Below are positions 25,621-38,712 of a DNA stretch of 64,000 nt, in pieces. How positions within the stretch are numbered: the first letter of the stretch is position 1; each line of letters starts with the position of its first letter. The DNA is from Eledone cirrhosa. Its lineage: Eukaryota. The DNA lies in NCBI GenBank assembly GCA_964016885.1, contig CAXHJY010000604.1, positions 7,394 to 71,393 of the forward strand. The letters are read 5' to 3'. The notes under the pieces were generated by a model that made no database searches, was not told where the DNA came from, and saw only the letters and a list, made by a program, of their open reading frames with translations. The translations under genes were made by a program, and so were the position numbers.

Positions 25621-26781
25621 CCCAGTTCTTCTTTCTTTCTTTCTTTCTCTTCTTTCTTTCTCTTTCTTTCACCTCCTCCTCCTCCCACATATTCCTGAGA
25701 GGGTCATGTAGGTAGAGTATTTAGTTTCCAGCTGATCTCTAAATAGCTCAATGGATTGATGTTTTCAAAATCCTCACCAAAATCTTGCTGTTCATAAATT
25801 TTTTTTTTTTCTGACCTCTAGAATCTACATTTTTCTGTAATTTATGGAATTATACATCTGAAATTGCAATAGATTATTTTTCAATTAAAATACTTTCATA
25901 ATTGTTAACAATAAATTCTTTCTCTTTCAATTTAATTGAAGTTATATATATATTTAATCTTTACATAAATATATAATATTATGAATGGTAAATTAGAACA
26001 AACTTATTTCTATGTTCTGAGAGTGTAACTTTCTTGGGATTTAGTTTCATCACATCACATCTTTATATTTCAATATTAGAAGAGATATTCAGTAACTCAT
26101 CTGTTCTCTCTCTCTTACTGAAATAGACTTCTGCACTGTGTTCTGTGCTATATGTATGTATATATATATATAATCTCATGTTCTTATCTTGCATCTCCCT
26201 CTGAAGAAATACGTAGTTGCAGTGAAGTGACTGACTACCTCAGTGGTTCGCTTCACCTGTTCCTTATCTTCTCTCCTTCTCCTACTCATCCCTCTCTCTC
26301 TCTCTCTCTCTCTGTAATATGCTGAAATTTTGGAAGCCATTCTTCCTCAACTGCAAACTCAACTCCAGCTAAAATCAGAAGTTGGCTATCCAGGCTGTTA
26401 TATTCTGTCAATATCCACGATATTTTGATTTCGGTGAACATTTGGCCCAGCCTTTTTTCAGCTTTGTGAAGTTATTTTACTGTTAAAGACCAAACTGGAG
26501 AACAAACTAGAATATCACTCATTTGCCGTGACTAATTTACTAGATCTGAAATAACTTACAAACTATTTTTTCAAAAATTTCTCGACCTATTTCTTAACTC
26601 TTCAGCCTTGGATAGCCAATTTCTGGATATTTATCCTCAACAACTCAACAAATACAGCTTGGAATTAGCTTGGCACTGGAGTTCCATATTCTCAGCATCT
26701 TACTTCTAAAAATAACTGCTTTTGAATCCTATCAAGTGATAGCACCTTGCTTTACTGAAAAGGGGATAGGAATTTGTAACC

Positions 26782-26784
26782 ATG
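26782..26784 (+). CDS. Tmod: Candidate tropomodulin first coding exon end (ATG only, preceded by putative 5' UTR from ~26240)
   Basis: gtaaccATG|gtaggt: an ATG in good Kozak context directly followed by a GT donor. It splices in phase 0 onto the open frame VAATKAAD-MYN at 38566. The upstream ~550 bp is non-repetitive. No transcript evidence. Confidence 0.55.
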
Positions 26785-27789
26785 GTAGGTTGGAATTTCT
26801 CTTATTATTCTTAGTTTTAATATCACTTCACTATACTTATTATTTCTGTATATCAGATATTTTTTTTATGAAGTAGTGTAGATGTTTAGTAAATTATTTT
26901 TAAAAAGTTGTTTATTTTAATAGTAATTTATAATAACTATTACTTCGTAGGTACATATTCACTTACTTTAACTGTACAGAACAAGTGTCAAATTACCTGT
27001 TATAAGCTACTTACTTTTTCTAGCTTCTGATGGTGTGTTAATCATATTCCTAATAAAACACACTGCTTATGATTTTCATATAATTTTGAAATAATGAAGA
27101 ATTTGGAGGGGTTTAGTAATATAACTAACTTTCTCATTTAGATGATGTTTGGAACATGATTTAACAAAAGTTCTTACATGAAATGATAGTAGAAGATTTT
27201 TTAAAAATATAAACACTTAAAAATAAACAACTCTGTGTCATAGAACCAGGAGCAGTTTTAGACAGTTTGGTATCAGAATTGTTTGTATTAGCTTTTGTAC
27301 CTTATTTAAATGCTATATTCTGTTTGAACTTCTTCGTAAAGAATGTTGCATTGTTTGTAATTGTTAAACAAAAGAGAAATTGAAGATCTCGACTATCTAA
27401 TTTTTATAGGACATTTGTTTAACTAGAAATAGATAACAAGGACACTACCCCATTTAATTTGAGAACATGCTATAAATGTAGATTAGTGTTTGGTTTGTCT
27501 AGCATAAATGTTGAAATATTGATTCTTTCAAAGATAAGTCTACACTACTTTAATCCAACATTCTAATTTCAAAGTTATGTTATCAACATTTACAGAATCA
27601 ATTAGTGGTTTCAGGTAACATGTTTGGAATGTACTTAACAGCTCTCGTGTTTAGGAAAACATTTCTCTTGTTAATCTTTTGTGTAGAACGTTTTAAAGGT
27701 TTCTAATAAAAATATTTCAGTATACTCTTTATAAATTTCTATCAAATCATTAGATAAGTTTTTACTTGTATATTAGATTTTTTCTGGAT

Positions 27790-28037
27790 CAGTGTTTCTT
27801 AAAGTAGGTTCTAAGGAAATCCAGGAGATAAAGTGTCATCAACATCATTTAATATCAGTTTCCCTGATAGCAAGGCTTGGACAGTTCTTAACATAAAATT
27901 ATTATTATTATTTTTAATACTAATAACTGCTCTTTCTAAAACAATTTCTGTTTCATTAAATGTTGTACTAAAATTAGAGATGAGACATTGTATAAAATAC
28001 AGGTATCAGTTCCATGAAATAAGTTTGAGAACCACTG
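27790..28037. mobile_element. hAT-Charlie-like MITE
   Basis: CAGTGTTTCTTAAAGT ... AGTTTGAGAACCACTG termini. Flanks ttctggat / ctctagat resemble an NTCTAGAN 8-bp TSD. Confidence 0.72.
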
Positions 28038-28895
28038 CTCTAGATTTTATTAAGATAGTGACTCTTTTGCCCCTTCCCACATACTAGACGCTGCAGAAAA
28101 GGTGGCACCACATCCATACCCAAAGGGAATAACATTTTTAAATACCAAGAATTTTCTGCAAACAATTTTTTTCAACCTGTGGCATACAAGTTAATTGGGG
28201 GGAGCTAGATCATTGACAATGAGGTTCTTGTTATTGTTGATGGTTTGCCTTACTGACATTGAAAGGAAGCCCATGAGGGTGATTGGCTATTCCAGTGTCA
28301 TAGCCATGCTATCATCTACAGTAGTTCTGTGAGTGTGTTGACTTGCCTAAAAAATTATTAGAGGGAAATTCCAGTGCCCCTTTTTGTGGTGTGTGATTGA
28401 GTGTGTGGGTCTCTTCAACTTTTTTCTTCCTTTTTTTTTTTTTTGTATAAATTCTTTATAAACTTTGTTTCTGATGCTCCAAAAACAAAATAGAAAGCAA
28501 CATCCACCATAGATATTTCACTCATCAATAAGTTTATTTCATTTCAACATCTACTCAAAGTGCTGTATCTACTTTCTAACCATGTACCTAGTTCTACCTT
28601 ATAGACTGCAATTTGGCAGTCATTAGAGTGTTGGATAGAATGCTTTGTAGTATTTGTTCCACCAGCTCTCTGTTCTCTGAGTTCAAATCCCACTGAGGTC
28701 AATTTTGCCTTTCATCCTTTCAAGGTCAATAAAAAAAAGTACCAGTCTAGTACTGGGGTTGATTCTTCCTCTATATCTCTTTCTCACTTCCTCCCTTTCA
28801 TTCTCTATCTTTCTCTGGAAGAAATTTGCTATGTTCAAACCTGGAGAGGAGATGGGCTCCACTAAGTTTTAAAATATTCAAGAAACACCCCTACA

Positions 28896-28943
28896 GTGGG
28901 TGTGGACCCATAACTCCATCAGGAGTTATGGGTCCACACCCAC
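28896..28943. repeat. Perfect 22-bp inverted repeat with 4-nt loop
   Basis: gtgggtgtggacccataactcc-atca-ggagttatgggtccacacccac. Confidence 0.95.
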
Positions 28944-29589
28944 CCACCTTACATACAGCTTCTATTAAAAATACTCCCACTTGTATATATAATACACCTT
29001 TAAACAGTGTAGTGTGAGGTTTTTGTTGTATGTTATATGCACAGGTGACTAAAATAACCAATTCGTTAAAACAGTGTGGCTTTAGACAAAACTCACCGAA
29101 TCAATAACAACAGCCAAGGAAGTTTTAGTTTTAATATTTATAAAAACTTAGTTCTCTAGTGCAATGCTTCATAAAGGATGTTCCAAGGAACCTGAGATTT
29201 TTCTAAAGAATATTCTGGAGTCCTAAGGTGTTTTTATATAATTTTTTCTATCTAAATAACTCTCTCTTAAACAATTTTTGTTTCATTTAACCCTCTTTAT
29301 GATCATTTAATGTCTGTTTTTCCTGCTAGTAAGGATTGGATGGTTTACTTCAGACTGTCAGTACTCAGTCCGAGCCTATCCTTCTCTAAGCTATGTAACC
29401 AGAGGACTAACTGGAATTTGGCACTGCAAACTACCAAGACATCAACTTTAAGAGTGCTCATTTGCATACAGCTGTGAACTAGCTACCTCTACCAGCCTGT
29501 TGTACCTATTTATGGCTAAGTGAATAACTAGACTGTTGAAAGATGTCACCATGTCTATGAGACAGGTGTTAATATATAAATAATTATCT

Positions 29590-30110
29590 TATTTCATCTG
29601 ATGCCTTCTAGTCCACCATTTTATATCTGTTCTGATGTCTCCTCAGCCACCACTACCACCTTATCATAACTTATCTGATGTCTCCCAGTCCACCACCTCC
29701 TATCATATCTGATCTGATGTCTGCTTGACCACCACCACCACCTTACCATATCTGACCTGATGTCTCCCAGTCCACCAGCCCCTTATATCTGATCTGCTGT
29801 CTCTTTGACCACCACCACCACCACCTTATCATATCTGACCTGATGTCTTCTAGTCCATGATCACCACCTTATCATATCTGATCTGCTGTCTCTTTGACCA
29901 CCACCACCACCACCACCATACCATATCTGATCTGATGTCTTCTAGTCCATCCATGATCACCACCTTATCATATCTGATCTGCTGTTTCATAGTCCATGAC
30001 AAACACCACCACCTTATATCATCTGATCTGATATCTCCTAGTCTACCACCACCCTGTATCATCTGATCTGCTGTCTCCTAGTCCACCACCTTGTCATCTA
30101 CTGTCTCTTG
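29590..30110. repeat. Degenerate ~35-45 bp minisatellite
   Basis: About 12-13 units of ccaccaccttatcatatctgatctg(a/c)tgtct..agt. Confidence 0.9.
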
Positions 30111-30357
30111 TACAAAGAGACTAAAAGAATGTTTTTCACATTTGTTTGCTTTTTCAGAGTAAGGCTTATTGACTGTAGTTATACATACATTAAATTTAGC
30201 TTGTATTTTCTATCAATTTTATCTCAAATTTCGACAAAGAGAAGTGTATATAGACTGCTCCTTTCTGATTGATTTTTAAACTTTAAATAATGTAACTTAA
30301 TTTAGTTGAGAACATTGGGGTAACTTAGCATTAATAGTGGTATCATTAATACTACTA

Positions 30358-32266
30358 CCGTGTTTCCCCCATTATAAGCCACCCCCGAAAATAAGCCGTA
30401 GCACTATATTTCAGGATGGATTTAATATAAGCCATGCCCCGAAAATAAGCCAGAGCAAAAATGAACGGCAAAAGAAAAAAATGGCCAACCATGAAAATTG
30501 GCGTAATCAGCCATTATAGAACAGGATTGTATCTTAATGTAAAACTAACTGGGTGTATAAGAAGTTTGTGGAGTGCGCGGAAGTGAAAAAAAATCGATAA
30601 TGAAATTTACAAAAGGAAAGGGGGAAGTGCGTGCAATCAATATTGCGTATGCAAATGCAGGTACAAACCGGAAGTAATGGCTCATCAGTAACTTCAGGGG
30701 AGAAGATCATTTTCAGCCCTAGACAAGATGAAAGGAAGGAAGAGTTATACAATCGAGTACAAGAAAGGAATTGTGGAGGAATCACTGGGAAAGAATGTTA
30801 CTATTTTCTGCAAAGAAAAGAATCTGGATCTCCGAATGGTTAAAAGATGGAGAATGGACTATGATAAACTCAGTCAGGGCATGGCCGAGGGAAAAGCAAA
30901 GAAACGTAAGCATGGATCTGGTCGATAACCGATATTTCTTGAGCTGGAAGACATCATCTGTGAATGGATCGCTGAAAGAAGAGCCAGAGTTTTGGTTGTT
31001 CACAGGGCTGATATTCAAACATTTGCCCTTAAAATGCACTAGAGTTTGGTATAGTTCCAGAAGAATTCAAAGCATCCAAACACTGGCTGGATAATTTCCT
31101 TCAGCGACACAAATTTTCTCTGAGAAGATCGACAACACAGATTATTAAACGTGCACTCGCATTTAAGTCTTTTGTTGATGGAATAGACTTTTCTAACTAC
31201 CATCTCTCCAACATGATTGCTATGGATGAAACAGCAGTATTCATGGGTCAAAGCTCTCAATTTACAATTGACCAAAGGGGTGCGTCATCAATTTACATTC
31301 CATCCACTGGTTACGAAAGTGCACGAGTTACGTGTATCTTGGCAATTTGTCTCAAAGGAAGCAAAGTCCCACCTCTAATCATCACTAAAGGCAAGAAAGA
31401 TAAAATTGAACGTGTTTCAGGTATCTGTGTTCTGGAAACTGAAAAGGCGCGGTGCACACAGGCAGTTTTAAGGAAGTGTGTCGATTTCATGCTGCCATTG
31501 ATTTTGCATGGAACCCAAAGAGGTCTCATAGTCTGGGATTCAGCCAGCACGCACCGCGCCAAAGATATGAAGAACTTTCTTGCAGAAAGAAGAATCGATC
31601 AAATCATGATTCCCGCAGGAATGACCGCCTATCTCCAGACTCTTGACATCGCACTGAATAAACCATTCAAGGACCATCTGCGCATGGAAATAAATGACTA
31701 CATCGAAAACAGAATGGCGAGAAATGAGCTGGGAACTTTCGTGAAGCCCATCCTTCAAGAGATCGTGACTTGGGTGGGAAATTCATGGAACAAAATCACA
31801 GATAGCTGTGTCATGAATGCACTACGAGCAGGCTATCTGGATAAGAACTCTCTATTCAATTCAACCTCTATCGCTCAACATGAAAGACTAGGGACAAAAA
31901 TTCTGCAGGCAATTGAGTCACAAGAAAATTCCACAGGAATCATTGAATCCACTGATTTGGAAAAAATGACATTCCAGAGCAGGATGACATGATTATTTTT
32001 GAATAAATTAGTGGATTATTTCGCTCATGAGTTTTTGCATTAAAGGGTGTGTTAATTTTTAATAAATTTGATCTTCCAAGTAAACGTTACGCGTAAATGC
32101 CGATTGTTTTTTTTCGTAATTTCCAATCATTTAGCGAATTTGTAATTTTCAGTTTCGTAGTGACGTTTTTTCGGTATATGAACCCCCTCCCCCGAAAATA
32201 AGCCGTAGTGGTACATTTCGGAGTAAAAATTGATATAAGCCATGGCTTATAATCGGGGAAACACGG
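30358..32266 (+). mobile_element. Full-length pogo-superfamily DNA transposon (DD35D, POGK/Passer-like) with disrupted transposase
   Basis: 23-bp TIRs CCGTGTTTCCCC(C/G)ATTATAAGCC with TA TSD. ORF pieces 30728-30928 (Brinker-like RKSYTIEYK) and 31213-31992 (MDET...WDSASTH...LQTLD; 35 residues between the 2nd and 3rd D). Premature stop at 30926 and a frameshift near 31035. Confidence 0.93.
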
Positions 32267-32713
32267 TAGTAGTTCTTTTTCTTTTCAAATTTCTGAATGC
32301 ATATTCAAAATGTCACACATGCATATACACACCCAAACACACGTGCATGTGCATGCACAAACACACAGGTATGCATGCACACACTTTTCTGTTTCCATTA
32401 ACAGCTGTACACATAATAAACACCTTTTGTTTACATAAAAAAAGCTTTATTTCTATATATTTCTATCATCTGAACTAAATGACATCAGTTTTTTTATTGG
32501 TCAATATGGATTCTAAATTTTCTATAAAATATGTAATTCAGTCACTAAATATTATTATATTTATACAACAATGCAGATATATAACTAAATATATTAATTT
32601 TAGTATTTTACTGTTTGATTTATTCTGTTCCAATTAATATCCATATGGGCAAGCTGGTATTTTGATAAGCATCTGCTGTTCTTCTATATTTATAGATTAA
32701 CACTTTTGATACC

Positions 32714-33585
32714 ATCATCATCATCAACGTTTAACGTCCGTGTTCCACGCTTGCATGGGTTTGGACGGGGGTTTTCCCACTTGAGGCAAGAGTGATTGTC
32801 TTGCTCGCATAGGACTGTCTGGCGGGTTTTCTACAGCTGGATGCCCTTCCTAACACCAACCACATTTACAGTGTGGGGCTGGGAGGTTTTTACCGTGTTG
32901 CCTACACGGCCACATTACAGCGTGGACTGTCTGGCGGGTTTTCTACAGCTGGATGCCCTTCCTAACACCAACCACATTTACAGTGTGGGGCTGGGAGGTT
33001 TTTACCGTGTTGCCTACACGGCCACATTACAGCGTGGACTGTGTGTTTTTTTGTTGTGACACCTACACGATCTCATTTGTTTCGGCCTGGATGTTGTGGC
33101 ACCAACATAACTTTACATTGAAAGGGGCGGTGTGGATGGGGTGGGGGTGGTGGGACGGGGTGTATTTTGTTAGAGATGCCTACTGACTGTAGTAGGTTTT
33201 ACTTTGTATTTAGGTAAGGCGGGTCTTCTCTATAGTACCGCCAAAGGTCTCGGTCCAGTGACATTGTCTTGGAGAGGTGTAAGTGTGTGAGGTCGGAATT
33301 TATCAGCTCGTCCCAGGTTTTTCTGGGTCTGCCTACTCCGTAGCTACCGTCTATCTTTATTGCCCTGCACTTTGTTATACAGCTGTCGTCTTTCATACGC
33401 ATCACGTGACCATACCAACGTAGCCTTCTCTCGAGTAAACAACATCTGATCCCTCTTATTTCTAATTTTTTCCTTAGTTCGCTTATGCTTTGCCGTTCAC
33501 GTATGTTACTATTACACATCCAGCGGAGCATGCAAGCTTCGTTCCTCTCTAGTCTGCGTATATCCTCTGCACACAATGCCCAGGT
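32714..33585 (-). mobile_element. RTE LINE 3' end (young-looking)
   Basis: ORF 33199-33576 RRLERNEACMLRWMC..RRLRWYGHVMRM..GRPRKTW, with a (GAT)n tail at 32714. Confidence 0.92.
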
Positions 33586-34559
33586 ACCAACCTGACCAAC
33601 CTGGTTCTATGAAACAGAACCACCCATTTTGAAGGGTTCCTATTTTAATAAAAAACTTCTGACAACACAAGCACCAACCCTTTTGATATCAACTCGGCCA
33701 AAACCTGTTCTATTTCTATGAAACAGATTCACCCATTTAAAGGGTTCCTATTTATATTAAAATCTTTGGACATCATTTTATATAAGTATCTTGTTTACTC
33801 ATGTTCCAAATATCAATAAGCAAATAATTTTAATAAATTCCTCCACATTCTTCATTAATTCAAATACAGTGTATTTTATTATAAATATGGTCAGCAAAGG
33901 GTTAAAGATTGTATTTTATTAATCATTTTGTTATCAGATTTCTAATGAAATACAATGTCTATGTGTATCAATACATTTTCAAATTTTAATGAAATAATTA
34001 ACCTTTTTCATTTAGTAAGCTGATGTTTGAAACAAAGCTTTCTTAAATAAAATTATAATGGAAGGTTTTAATATAAGTGTGAACATTTTAAAATGAGCAT
34101 TTGTGTATCATAGAATCAGAGCGGTTTCAGGTGAGTTTGTATAAAAAGGGTTAAATATTATCAATTAATTTAGTGAGGAAAATCAGCTTTTCAAGATATT
34201 TAATTTTTTTGCCCCTCTCTTTCTGTTAATATTGATAATTTTGATATTTTAGTTATTTCAGTGATCCCTAGATCCTCATATATTTCAATTAATTTTCTCA
34301 CAAACTCAACCATCTTACAGATCCCCACTACTACATATCTTTTTTTTTTGCCATCTTGATGTTTGATTTAAAAAATCTGTTTGCTTTTTATTCTTTTACT
34401 GATTTCAGTCATTTGACTGTAACCATACTGGGGCAGTATCTTTAAGGGTCTTTTTTAGTTTATCCTCTCAATCCCAATATTGGTTTGGTATTTTTTTCTC
34501 CATCTCTATTTATCAAACTTCTTAGATGTAGTTTTGATAGATATTTTCCAGATATCCAA

Positions 34560-35295
34560 TTCAACTGTTGAAAACCATCTGCATAAACTTGGTTACATCA
34601 GCAGGATCGATGTTTAGGTTCCCCATGATTTGAACAAAACAAACCTCACCCAATGGATTTCCTTCTGCAATTCTTTGCCTTAAATGTGAAAAAAAAAAGA
34701 TCCCTTTCTGAAGAAAATGGTAACTGGTAACAATGTGAAGTGAAAACAATCATGGGGGAAGCACCAAGAACCACCACAAACAACCTTCAAAGAAGATTAT
34801 GCTTTCAATTAGGTGGGATTGGAAGGGTGTTTTCTTTTAGGAGCTTCTTCTCATGTACTGTGAACACCTGGATAAATTAAATGCAGCGATCCGCCAGAAG
34901 CATCCAGAACTTGCTAATCGAAAGGGTATTGACTCTTATCAAGACAATGCCAGATCACACACTTCCTTGCTGACACGGCAGAAGTTACTGGGGCTTGACT
35001 GGGAAGTTTTGCCTCACTCTCTATATTTCCCTGACCTTATACCTTCAGATTTCCTCCTGTTTGATCTCTTCAAAATTCTTTGAATGGACAGACTTTCAAT
35101 TCTTTAGAACGTAAAGGTTCTTCACCAGTAAAGACGGGAAATTCTTTGAACAGGGAATAGTGCATCTACCTAGAAGATGGTAGAAGGTACTGGAACGAAA
35201 TGGCAACTATATCATTGATTGAATAAATTGCTTTGGGTTTAAAACTGTCTCATTTTCCCTAAGAAAACTGAACAGAAGCTTTGATCAACCCAATA
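34560..35295 (+). mobile_element. Decayed mariner transposase remnant with right TIR
   Basis: WDWKGV..YCEHLDKL..LANRKG...QDNARSHTS..TRQKL..LDWEVLPH..YFPDL.PSDF. Ends ttgatcaacccaata+TA. Confidence 0.88.
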
Positions 35296-36678
35296 TATAT
35301 AATATAATGAAATTGTGGGCAACCCTTTTGGTACCAGCATGCCCAAAACCACCCATTTTAAAGAATTCCTATTTAAATTATAATTTTCCAACATAATTTT
35401 ATATAAAAAATATGCTAAGTTGCTATCTTAGTATAATGAAATAATTAATAATTTCAGTAAATATGACAAAATTCTTTGTTACTCTCATGAAATACAATGT
35501 ATTTCATTACAAATACGATAATCATCTTCTTCTTTGCCCACTTATTCCTGAGAGGGTTATGGAGGCAGAGTCTGCAAACACTCCTTCCAGCAGGCCCTGT
35601 CAGAAGCAACTGTCTCTAACTGATCTGCCTGGAACCCCAAGCTCATGGATGTTAACCAACTATTTTGCTTGGGGTCTCCTGCCGGTTGGTTTTGCCCGCA
35701 AAATCTGTCCAGCGCTTCTTTCCTGAGACATTCTAACCACATGTCTGTAGTATTGGAGCTGTGATCTCTCAATTTGGAGAAGTAGCGGCTCTACCTGGAG
35801 TGACTCTCTGATCTCCGAGCTACGCATTCTATCTGATAACATTACTCCAAAGATTCATTTCGGCCGCTTGTATTTGTGATCGTATTCTTTCGGTCATTAC
35901 ACCCAAGATTCATGACCATAGGTAAGGGTCGGCACAAATACCAAATTGAAGATATGATAATGAAAGGGTTAATGTAGGTAATTTGAAAAGAATGACTGTA
36001 AAACCAGTCAGTTAGTGATGCTGCAAAACTTTAGCAAGGGATGTTACTCTACTATCCACAGTTAGCACAGCTAAAAATAGATAACCCTAGTTGAGTTGGT
36101 GAAGTTAGAAAAATATTCCAGTTGTAAAATATTTGCATCAACAGCTTCATACAAACATTGCTTGCAGAGGAAACTAGGCGTTTCTAATAATTAATTAAAA
36201 AATATGCTAGATTGAATTGAATTTTTTTTTTATTTCTCTCTCTATTTTACATACATTTTACTATGCTAACATGAAATGAGAATTTTCACTGTCTAAATTT
36301 TTGGAGCAAATTATTTTAATGTGAATGCTTCTCCTACTACTGAATTGCAATGTGGGTGTGGCATCTAATCTCAGCCAAGAGTCACAGACAAGCAGAGTAA
36401 TTTGCCTTGCTGAATAGGCACAACATAACTAAATTCTAAATGTCATCATCACCACCATCATCATCAATATATATACGTCTACTTTCTCCATGCAGGTATG
36501 GGTTGGACAAGACTTTTTTGAAGCAATTGTTCAACTTTTCCTGATGCCAACCCATACTATATTTTTAAGTATGGTATATGCTTTTCATCTATGTTGAACC
36601 CCTAAGCTGTGAGATATACTTTTTATGCAAGATGCAAACAACCATCACCTCTTGCATTACATTATTTTAGTGCGTGCA

Positions 36679-36862
36679 GTGGATTGGGAGTATCGGTAGA
36701 GGGTCGGACGCCATGCTTTCCAGCATAGTTACGTCCCTTTATGATCTGAGTTCAAATCCCGCCGAGGTTGACTTTGCCTTTCATCCTTACGGGGTCGATA
36801 AAATAAAGTACCAGTAATGCACTGGGTGATTGCTGGCCTTGTGCCTAACGTAGAAACAATTA
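36679..36862 (+). mobile_element. Full-length family A SINE with 18-bp TSD; other copies ~635-850, 2860-3008, 16280-16470, 21310-21500(-), 28620-28760, 51140-51310(-), 51575-51737
   Basis: A/B boxes and central gactttgcctttcatccttacggggtcgataaaat. Flanked by attattttagtgcgtgca at 36661-36678 and 36859-36876. Confidence 0.92.
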
Positions 36863-38565
36863 TTTTAGTGCGTGCACACACATGGCGAGTTCCCTCAGTT
36901 TTTGTCTTGCAGATTCACTCACAAAACATTGATTGGCCTGAAGCTATAGGTGAAAACACTTCCCAAAGTGCCATGCAGTGGACCTGAAACCACATGGTTA
37001 TGAAGTGTACTTTTTAACCACACAATCATGTATGCTATTTTGTTTAAAACCATATATAGTCCTTAATTTAAATATTCACCAAATATGAAGTCTGAAGCAC
37101 ACAACTGTTAAGAACATTGCAATAACTATACTTCTTGGCAGTGAAGGTACTCTGATAAACATAAAAAAGACTAACATAACCTTAATCCTCCTTCTCCTCC
37201 CACTTGTTCCTGGGAGGGTCGTGGGGCAGATTCCTCAAGTCTTCCTTCCAGCGGATCCTGTCAGAAGCAACCGTCTCCAATAGATTCGGTTGGATCCCCA
37301 AGCAAAACCAGCCGATGTTATCCAGCCATCTTGCTCAGAGTCTATCCCTGTGTCTCCTGCCAGTTGGTTTTGCTTGTAAAATCTGCCAAGCAATTCTTTC
37401 CTGAGACATTTCTTTCTACAGACATGTCTGTAGTATTGGAACTGTGATCTCTCAATTTGAAGAAGTAGCTCTACTTGGAGTGACTCTCTGATCTCTGAGC
37501 TATGCACTCTGTCGAGTAACATTACTTCAAATACCCTTATTATTAATAATAATTTTACCTGGAATCGCGTTTGCTTAACCCTTTCATGACTGTATTTCTA
37601 ATGAAATACTCTCTATTTCAATTTATTTATGAAGAATTTTTCAGGCTTTAGTAAAATAATAACTTAACATACAGTTCATATCTGAAATTATGTTGGAATA
37701 TTTTAATTTAAATAAGAACCCTTTAAAATGAATAGTTTTGTTTCATAGAACCAACAGTGCTTTTGATCATTTTAAAAATACTTTTATCTGTTAGGTCCTA
37801 TATCTAAATTAACATAGAAATTATGTTCATTTTTGCATCATTTTCCACTGCACTCTGCACTTGGTAAGCTGTATTGCAGATTAGCATTATTATTGGTGGA
37901 AATAACACTACTTCACCCAGGACGTAATAGTCCTTTTGAGATTCCTGTTCTAACATATTTCATAAATAGAATTGAACAGAAGTAAAAAAAACAACAATGT
38001 GAAAATGACATAACTTAGAATCATCATCATGTTTTCTCTGCTTGCTAGGTTTATTACAGGCCAAGTCAAATCTTAATTAGAGCCCCTAAGCTCTGACAGA
38101 CTAGATCTAGCTTATATATGTTCCATCACTCTGCAGAATACTTTGGGTTCATTTTATCATAGCACTTGAGAAGTTATTTTTACGTAATTCATCATCATTG
38201 TTGTTGTCTTTGCCATTGCATTGACAGCTCTTGGTTTTAGTGCTGCTATGAGCCCTCAAATTCTCCTCATCCTGGCGAGCTAGGTGGGTGTTGCCGGTTT
38301 AGTTTGTGACGGCCTGACCATGACTGGGTTAGGGTTATCAAACTAATCTGTCTATTGTATAATGTCCTTCCTTCTACCCTCATTTTTATAACATTTTGTC
38401 TGTCCAATCCCACATGGATTGTGACCCCTATGTTTATAATGTTTATTTCTATGTGAAAGCCCTTATGGTTATTAAAGAAATCTCCATCATCATCATCACC
38501 ACCACCACCACCACCATCATTATTATTATTATTAATGTTAATATCTATTATTATGTGTATTTCAG

Positions 38566-38712
38566 GTTGCAGCAACTAAAGCAGCCGATATGTACAATAC
38601 TCTTGCCTCAAAGGATAAGGATGAGGACTTTGATTGGAATCAGTTAGATGATCTCCTTAAAGGACTTACTGAAGCGGAAGTTGAGGAACTCAATGGAGAT
38701 TTTGATCCAGAT
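38566..38712 (+). CDS. Tmod: Tropomodulin exon (VAATKAADMYNTLASKDKDEDFDWNQLDDLLKGLTEAEVEELNGDFDPD)
   Basis: tatttcag acceptor, GAT|gtaagt donor, in-frame ATG at 38590. Matches the tropomodulin N-terminal tropomyosin-binding region (D-LL--L-E-E--EL----DPD). Confidence 0.92.

Noticed and set aside
29857-30066. His-rich / Trp-rich ORFs
   Set aside because: Products of the (CAC)n-containing minisatellite.
30131-30165. Strong acceptor followed by A|gtaagg (1-nt microexon or recursive site)
   Set aside because: Not an AG|GT recursive motif. Inclusion would frameshift after the candidate ATG exon, and such a motif is expected by chance in T-rich introns.
36679-36765. tRNA gene candidates (A/B boxes)
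   Set aside because: These are SINE heads; no cloverleaf or terminator.
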